Origin: Tepidiformaceae bacterium | GTDB taxonomy: Bacteria; Chloroflexota; Dehalococcoidia; Tepidiformales; Tepidiformaceae | Assembly (NCBI GenBank): GCA_035606745.1 | Contig: DATNET010000130.1 | Location: 1-29,215 of the forward strand | Length of the DNA stretch: 29,215 bases | Direction of reading: 5' to 3' | Shown: positions 23,840 through 29,215 of the stretch, piece by piece | How the letters are laid out: the number at the start of each line of letters is the position of its first letter | Numbering within the stretch: the stretch's first letter is position 1 | Notes under the pieces: model-generated | What the model saw: the letters and a program-made list of their open reading frames with translations, nothing else | Database searches by the model: none | What the model was told of the DNA's origin: nothing | Program-made: the position numbers and the translations under genes

Positions 23840-26263
23840 TCATTGACCCTGATTCATGAACGGCGCGTTTACAGGCGCCCCCCCGCTGTTTGGAACGGTC
23901 ATTCCCGGCGGCTGCGGGTGCGGGTGCGGCATCGACTGTCCGTTACCCTGCGGCTGTTGCGGTGGTCTCGGAGGACCTCCTTGCGGGGCGCCGCGAACTG
24001 GCATTCCACCGGGGGCCGGCGCGACAGGGATCTGAGGCGGTGGCGGCTGAACGAGCGCCACAAGATCCGGCCGGTCCATCGCCGTGAACAGCGCGCGGAG
24101 CAAGACCATCCAGAGTTGCGGGTTCTGTGCGATCCATGGCGCAACCGCTGCCGCGTTCTGAGTCACCTGGATCGCCTGCATCGCCTCTTGGAACCGCTGC
24201 GGCTGACTAGCCATTCGCGGGTCTGCGGTCACGGTGATCGCGACGTCCTCCAGGTAGTCTTGGCGCGCGATACTGTGGTCTTCGACCATGCCGACCGACG
24301 GGTGATAGGCTTGGTTGTCCTTGAGCCCGCTGTACGTGCCGTCTTCTGCTTGCGGAGGCGCCTGGTGGTACGGATCAATAACGCTGAAATACTCCACGTC
24401 GCCAAGATACACGCTGTTCAGTCGGGCAAATTTCTCCCCCTCGGACGTGCGCGATCGGCCATAACGCTTGCCCTGAATACTGACTGCTGCAAGCGCCTGA
24501 CTGATGCGAATCTGCGTCGTCGTCGCCGTTTCGTTCGAGCCTCCCACTTCGCCCGAGAGAATGTCAGACGCGCCTGACAGTTCCTCGGCCTCTTCCTTTT
24601 GGTCCTTGATGACTTCGCCAAGGGTCGGCTCCGGCTTGGGGAATTGGAGGAACTTGATCGCGCCGTCGATCTCGCCGGGCAAAAGTTCCGTCTTCATGAT
24701 CTCACCCGGCTTGATGCGCCATTCGCCAGCGCCAAGCTTCGCCTCGCGAGACGCGATGCCGGTCTGTGTGTTCGCGCGAACGGCCGAGTCAACCAGCGCA
24801 GATCCAAGCGAGTCGGCCGCGAGGTTGTTGCCTTCCAATAGGTAGCCGATACCGAAACCATAGATCCCCTCGGGATTCGGAATGCAGATGAAGTGCGTGA
24901 AGAAGTGGATCGGAACGAGCGTCGGCTCTTTCGGAAGCGGCTTTTTCTTCGGTGCAACCGGGGGCGTCATTGGCTGCGGTGCAACCGGCATCGTAGGTGT
25001 CATGGCGCCAGGCATCGGAGGCGCGGTCATGCTCATTGCGGGCGGCGGACCCATTGCTGGCGTCGGCATGCCCATCTGAGGCGGCGGCATGGCGCCCGGT
25101 CGAATTCCACCGAGGATGCTAATCGCGTTGGCCTGGTACGCCTGCAAGTCCTGCTCGTACTGCTGCATCGCCATTTCGTACGCGGCGTCGTCTGCCTGCT
25201 TCTCGCGGTTGTAGCGCGCGCGGTCCTCGGGATCTTCGTCGGCCCGGACCACGAAACCGATCAGCGTCTTTGTCGCGCGGTCGATGGTCGCGATAACCGG
25301 CCGTTCCTCAGGCCACTCGTCCAGCTTCCACCAGCGATGTTGTTCAAGCAGTTCGCGGCGAGCTGGGGTTTCCTTCTCGGGCTTCTTGACGCCGCTGGCA
25401 CGGTCGATAACCTCGCGGACGGGATCGCTGACCTCGCTCCCGCTCGTCATGTTCCCTGCGGTCGCGTCGTCTTTGTCTTCGTCGTCGTCGCCGAAAAGCT
25501 CCTCGACGTTCATCTTGCTGTAGTAACCCGAGCGCGCCCAAGCGTCGAGGCCATCCGCGCCATAACGGTACTTGCGGACGATGCGCGTAATGCGCGGCAA
25601 CCCTGACATACTCGGCTCGTTCGCGAACTGCGGGTAGGCGTACGGGAGCACGATGTCTTCCGTGGGGCAGATTTCGTGGCATGGACGGTTCTTGACTGGG
25701 TTCCAGTAGATGAAAGTGAACGCAGAGCCGTATAGATACCACTGCATGATCAGCGCGTCGTGGTTCGGCACGTACTCGGGAATTTGGTGCAAAACCTGCC
25801 AATTCAGGTGCTTCGCGACGCGGACGCAGCGCGGAAGATCGGCGGCCGAAGTCGGGCGAATGCCGAAAAACTCGCCGTTCGACGGGAATTGCTGGTCGTA
25901 GACACGGGCCGCGAGCTTGACGACGGCCTTCATGATGATCGAATAGTGAATCTGGCTGTAGCCGTCCTCTTTCGGCGGCAACTCGCCAAGTGCCAGCTTC
26001 AAGATCTCTGCGCGTCGCTGGCGAAATTTCGTGGAACCACTCCAGTCGGTTTCGAAATCCTCAAAAACCGCATCGGCGATTTCTTGCTGCTCATCTTCCT
26101 TGATCGAGTCGACAAGATTGGCCGTTTCGGGCGCAACTCCCTTGAGCGCGTCTTCCGTTCCGCCGACCGTGATCGTGTCGACCGGCCTGTCTTCGACGTT
26201 TGTAGAATCGGCACTGTCGGTGTCGAGTTCGGAAGAATTGGTGTCTTCAGGGGTCGTGCTCAT
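23840..26263 (-). CDS. Portal protein (807 aa)
   Basis: Follows terminase; QIPEY, WYLYGSAFTFIYWNP, ELLEQH, FTHFICIPNPEGIYGFG, TTATTT-like ETATTT and VTADP motifs. Confidence 0.9.
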   Translation of the reverse strand: MSTTPEDTNSSELDTDSADSTNVEDRPVDTITVGGTEDALKGVAPETANLVDSIKEDEQQEIADAVFEDFETDWSGSTKFRQRRAEILKLALGELPPKEDGYSQIHYSIIMKAVVKLAARVYDQQFPSNGEFFGIRPTSAADLPRCVRVAKHLNWQVLHQIPEYVPNHDALIMQWYLYGSAFTFIYWNPVKNRPCHEICPTEDIVLPYAYPQFANEPSMSGLPRITRIVRKYRYGADGLDAWARSGYYSKMNVEELFGDDDEDKDDATAGNMTSGSEVSDPVREVIDRASGVKKPEKETPARRELLEQHRWWKLDEWPEERPVIATIDRATKTLIGFVVRADEDPEDRARYNREKQADDAAYEMAMQQYEQDLQAYQANAISILGGIRPGAMPPPQMGMPTPAMGPPPAMSMTAPPMPGAMTPTMPVAPQPMTPPVAPKKKPLPKEPTLVPIHFFTHFICIPNPEGIYGFGIGYLLEGNNLAADSLGSALVDSAVRANTQTGIASREAKLGAGEWRIKPGEIMKTELLPGEIDGAIKFLQFPKPEPTLGEVIKDQKEEAEELSGASDILSGEVGGSNETATTTQIRISQALAAVSIQGKRYGRSRTSEGEKFARLNSVYLGDVEYFSVIDPYHQAPPQAEDGTYSGLKDNQAYHPSVGMVEDHSIARQDYLEDVAITVTADPRMASQPQRFQEAMQAIQVTQNAAAVAPWIAQNPQLWMVLLRALFTAMDRPDLVALVQPPPPQIPVAPAPGGMPVRGAPQGGPPRPPQQPQGNGQSMPHPHPQPPGMTVPNSGGAPVNAPFMNQGQ

Positions 26264-26272
26264 TCGCGGCTC

Positions 26273-27916
26273 CTACCAAAGTCCAGGGTACGATGTACGG
26301 CTCTTTCGTGTCGATTTCGGCTTATCCCACTTTTCCCAGTCGTCGTCGGCCGTTTTGCTCCGATCGGGCGTGAGCGGTCTGCTCATCGCAGCGTAACACA
26401 TAGCACTATAAGCGGTTGCCGGCGCCTTCGGATCGGGACAGTCCTTGTCGTTCTTGTCGGCCGGCATGGACGGGATCTCTTCGATCGAGTGCTTGCAGTC
26501 ATCGAAGAAGCGCAGCCCCGGAACGCCGGGGGATTTTTTCAGAGTGCCGTCAAGCGTGCGTGACAGCAGCCGGTCGCGAATTTGGTCTGCCGCAGCTCCC
26601 AGGTTGTCGTCCGCTCGCGTCCACCGGATCCCGACTCGTCGCATGGTCTCTGCCGGCGAAGGGCCGCGTTGTTTCGTCCGCTCCCAGGCCGTCACCGGCC
26701 CCAGCACGCCGATCAGCTTCGATCCGTCGTCCGGGTCAACCGACCACTCGCGCGGTTCCTTAGCGTACTCCTCGATCTCCCGGATGCGCTCCGCGACCAT
26801 CTTGGCCGTGTGGTCCTTTAGGTGCAACTCCCGATAGCCCGTCAGGTTCCCGTCGTAGTCGACCGCAAACCACTGCACCGTCGTCTCGGCGTACGTGAAG
26901 TGACACGAGCGGAACAGGTGCCGCGTCGAAGGAATCGTGAACGACCGGACGACATGCACGCCTTCGTCCCAGCACAGTCCGACAAGATCCCCGAGTGCGG
27001 AGCCGAAGTCGCCGTCTCGCATCGCGCGGACAAGTCCGGCTGGCTTCCCGTCGAACGAGGCGAGGTATGCGGCCTGGTCGACGCTCTTGTTGTCCGAAAC
27101 CTTCGCGTAGACGTACATTCGCGAGCGCTCGACTACTTGCTTGCGCTTGCTCCCGTCAGCGTCCTCGACCTCAACCTCGACCTTCTTAGTGATTTCCTTG
27201 CCTGAGCCGAAGTCGACGAAGAACTTTTTCACCCACGCGCGACCGACGCCGATCGGGTTTCCGCCGGCCCGCTGAATCGGCGTCAGGAACGACCCGGCCG
27301 GCTGGCGTACCCACTGGTCCATCATATCCCATTGCGACAACAGGAACGACGGCAACTCGTCCCACAGGAGGCAGGTGATCTGCCACCCCTGGTACTTATC
27401 CCAGTCCTCGTCGTTCTCCATGTGTCCGAACGTCATGCGATAGCCGTTCGGATGCACATACGTCTTGTCCATCGCCTTCCAGGTGACGTCGGGGCAAGCG
27501 AGTTTGTAGTCACGCGCGCAGCGGTTCATAACCTCGCGCAAGCGAGGCGTCTCACGTAGCAGGTAAAGCGCCTGCCCGAACGATTCGGTTATCTCGCCGC
27601 TTTTGATTCGCTTATTGTCTTCCTCGATCTGCTGCCACGGATACCAGCGAAGAATGTCCGTCTTCCCGGTGTACGTGCCGCCTCCGATAAACCCGTAACG
27701 GCCTTCGTACTCCCAGATCTTGTCCTGCGGTCCCGCCCACGTCCCGAAAATCGGCTTCCCGTTGGCGGCGAAAATGCGGTTCGTATAGCCAGGAACGACC
27801 GGCCATTCCTGTTTCTTCGGCGCGAACGACGTCTGGTCAATGGACCGCGATATATGCATCGGGTCCATCCCCGGCGCCTCGGGCTCAAGCGGAACGGGTT
27901 TGCGCTTAACTGGCAC
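26273..27916 (-). CDS. terL: Terminase large subunit (547 aa)
   Basis: Walker A GGGTYTGKT, Walker B LLWDELP, motif III GGNPIGVG..WVK, C-terminal nuclease region (AVDYDGNL, RFFDDC..IEEIP). Confidence 0.92.
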   Translation of the reverse strand: MPVKRKPVPLEPEAPGMDPMHISRSIDQTSFAPKKQEWPVVPGYTNRIFAANGKPIFGTWAGPQDKIWEYEGRYGFIGGGTYTGKTDILRWYPWQQIEEDNKRIKSGEITESFGQALYLLRETPRLREVMNRCARDYKLACPDVTWKAMDKTYVHPNGYRMTFGHMENDEDWDKYQGWQITCLLWDELPSFLLSQWDMMDQWVRQPAGSFLTPIQRAGGNPIGVGRAWVKKFFVDFGSGKEITKKVEVEVEDADGSKRKQVVERSRMYVYAKVSDNKSVDQAAYLASFDGKPAGLVRAMRDGDFGSALGDLVGLCWDEGVHVVRSFTIPSTRHLFRSCHFTYAETTVQWFAVDYDGNLTGYRELHLKDHTAKMVAERIREIEEYAKEPREWSVDPDDGSKLIGVLGPVTAWERTKQRGPSPAETMRRVGIRWTRADDNLGAAADQIRDRLLSRTLDGTLKKSPGVPGLRFFDDCKHSIEEIPSMPADKNDKDCPDPKAPATAYSAMCYAAMSRPLTPDRSKTADDDWEKWDKPKSTRKSRTSYPGLW

Positions 27917-28394
27917 TGAGCGAACCGCCTCTGAATCGTGCCGTGTTGCCCGGCGTTGACTGCAACGTCATCTGAATGAGATTCGCGGTGTTCCCCGTAA
28001 CCAGCACGGGCGTCGCCTGCACCGTTTGAAATCCCGTAGACGTAGCGGTGATTCTGACTATCTCAACCCCGTCGGTTAGCCCGTACGAACCGCCGAGACG
28101 CAGGCGGAATATGCCGTTGCTACCCGTGTCTTCGATCTGTCCGCCGAAGCCGATCGTAAACGTGGGATACACTACCGGGGTAATGAACGGCAGACCGACT
28201 AGCTCGACGCCGTTGGTCAACGTGGCGAGCGTGTCACCGCGTCCGATTGCCGTGGAGAACAGCGCCGCCGTTGCCCCGGAAGCATTGCCGATTACGCGCC
28301 TGCGAAGTTGGTTCACGAGGCGGATGATCTGCGAAAGGCCGTCGCGACCTTCGCGCAGTTCAGGCAGCCAGGTTGTCGTATTGGGTGCGCTCAA
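27906..28394 (-). CDS. Hypothetical protein, helix plus beta-sandwich, structural-looking (162 aa)
   Basis: TTGA overlap gives a start at 28394; LSQIIRLVNQL helix then Gly/Thr-rich beta strands. Confidence 0.6.
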   Translation of the reverse strand: MSAPNTTTWLPELREGRDGLSQIIRLVNQLRRRVIGNASGATAALFSTAIGRGDTLATLTNGVELVGLPFITPVVYPTFTIGFGGQIEDTGSNGIFRLRLGGSYGLTDGVEIVRITATSTGFQTVQATPVLVTGNTANLIQMTLQSTPGNTARFRGGSLSAS

Positions 28395-28714
28395 GGCCAC
28401 CGCCCCGCATGCTGGAACGGCCACGGTTTGTGCTTGCGCTCATCGGGCACGAGCCGTGTTTGCAGTTCCGTGTAGACGTCGAGCGTGCTATGCGGGCACT
28501 GCATCGGCTTCGAGTGGCAAATCGGACAGCGTTTCGTCTGCTGCAATTCCTGCGCAAGCCTTTTCCGGCCGTGACCACCGAGGCTCATGTAATCCATGTT
28601 TTGCTCGCGTGAAAACATGAACCAGCGACAAAACGCCTTCCACTGACCGATGAGCGCGCGCCGCTTCATCGACTCCCGTTGCTGCCGCGACCACGGCCGA
28701 GACTTCTTGCTCAC
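28391..28714 (-). CDS. Basic hypothetical protein with CxxC..CxH motif (107 aa)
   Basis: RCPICHSKPMQCPH; GGAGA upstream. Confidence 0.5.
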   Translation of the reverse strand: MSKKSRPWSRQQRESMKRRALIGQWKAFCRWFMFSREQNMDYMSLGGHGRKRLAQELQQTKRCPICHSKPMQCPHSTLDVYTELQTRLVPDERKHKPWPFQHAGRWP

Positions 28715-28774
28715 TTGACGGGAATCTCCGCGATCAGTCCTTCGTGAAATAGTTTCCGTCTTCGCCGCGCTTGC

Positions 28775-29152
28775 TCATTGCGGCGGCCTCTCCGGATAGC
28801 CGCACTCGCCGCCGTGGCCCTTCGCTTTCATGCATTGACCACCCTTGTACATGATTTCCTTGCATAGCGGCATGAGCTGTTCCCGCAGGTTCTCTACCGT
28901 CGTAGAAAAAACCTCGGCAACCACAACCGTGCGCGGTTCAAACGAACCCACAATTTGCGACATGCGACCGCCGGTTGCAGTAAGCACGGCTGCGACGCGA
29001 ATCGGACCGTCCGGCAAGTCCTGTGTAAACACCGGCATGATATTGAAGCCGATCAGTCCGCAATCGTCGCTCAGCATCGTAACCTGCGCTTCGTGAACAC
29101 GCTTGCCAGCGGCCTTCGCCATGGAAGTGCCGTTCGTCTTGTGGTCGCCCAT
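28775..29152 (-). CDS. Hypothetical protein with C-terminal CxxxxGHxGxC motif (125 aa)
   Basis: GAAAGGA RBS; QCMKAKGHGGEC. Confidence 0.65.
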   Translation of the reverse strand: MGDHKTNGTSMAKAAGKRVHEAQVTMLSDDCGLIGFNIMPVFTQDLPDGPIRVAAVLTATGGRMSQIVGSFEPRTVVVAEVFSTTVENLREQLMPLCKEIMYKGGQCMKAKGHGGECGYPERPPQ

Positions 29153-29174
29153 TTTGGTCCTTTCTCAGTATACC

Positions 29175-29215
29175 TCAGACGCCGACCTTGATCTTAGAGT
29201 TTGCGCGGTCGCTGA
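29175..29215 (-). CDS. 3' end of a second MazG-like gene, cut by the window edge
   Basis: Reads (V)SDRANSKIKVGV-stop versus VSDRAKSKIKVGIDG at 1540-1587; 32/38 nt identical. Confidence 0.7.
   Translation of the reverse strand, partial: SDRANSKIKVGV

Larger units (their letters stand above)
1..29215. mobile_element. Segment of a tailed phage/prophage, P22-like podovirus architecture, probably temperate
   Basis: Ordered terminase, portal, scaffold, capsid, adaptor, tailspike, gp10-like, ejection, fibre and lysis genes; no tape-measure or tail tube gene; divergent promoters and an XRE regulator at the left edge; no host housekeeping genes. Confidence 0.92.

Noticed and set aside
28734-28778. 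14-codon mini-ORF MSKRGEDGNYFTKD coupled to the upstream stop
   Set aside because: Too short to support; could be a frameshifted remnant but there is no evidence
29167-29172. TATACT -10-like hexamer before gene 28775-29152
   Set aside because: No -35 or extended -10 TG at the proper distance
1-29215. CRISPR arrays, tRNA/rRNA genes, integrase/att sites, tape-measure gene, introns or inteins in terL
   Set aside because: No regularly spaced repeats, cloverleafs, recombinase motifs or splicing motifs recognised by eye; a tRNAscan/Infernal run would be needed to exclude RNA genes fully

Overview
The whole window is part of a high-GC tailed phage or prophage genome with P22-like, short-tailed (podovirus-type) architecture. 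A short plus-strand early cassette (104-2519) holds a leaderless XRE/Cro-like regulator, a MazG-like pyrophosphohydrolase and several small or truncated ORFs. It converges tail-to-tail with a ~26.6 kb minus-strand late region. In transcription order that region is: terminase large subunit, portal, KGG stress protein, GroES-like protein, scaffold, a 485-nt non-coding structured interval, capsid cement and major capsid, beta-helix protein, Zn-finger fusion, adaptor, tailspike, gp10-like hub, four ejection-like proteins, fibres, and a lysis cassette ending in a CHAP endolysin. The most unusual items are: (1) the 485-nt hairpin-dense interval, which ends in mutually exclusive pairings over the RBS and start codon of the capsid operon (candidate ncRNA or translational switch); (2) a 1065-aa Cys-rich fibre protein with a clear Sec-type signal peptide; (3) three MazG-related pieces, including an inverted paralogue at the right edge; (4) an unannotated KGG protein with its own sigma70-like promoter; (5) an atypical lysis cassette. 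All calls come from reading motifs by eye. No searches or folding programs were run.
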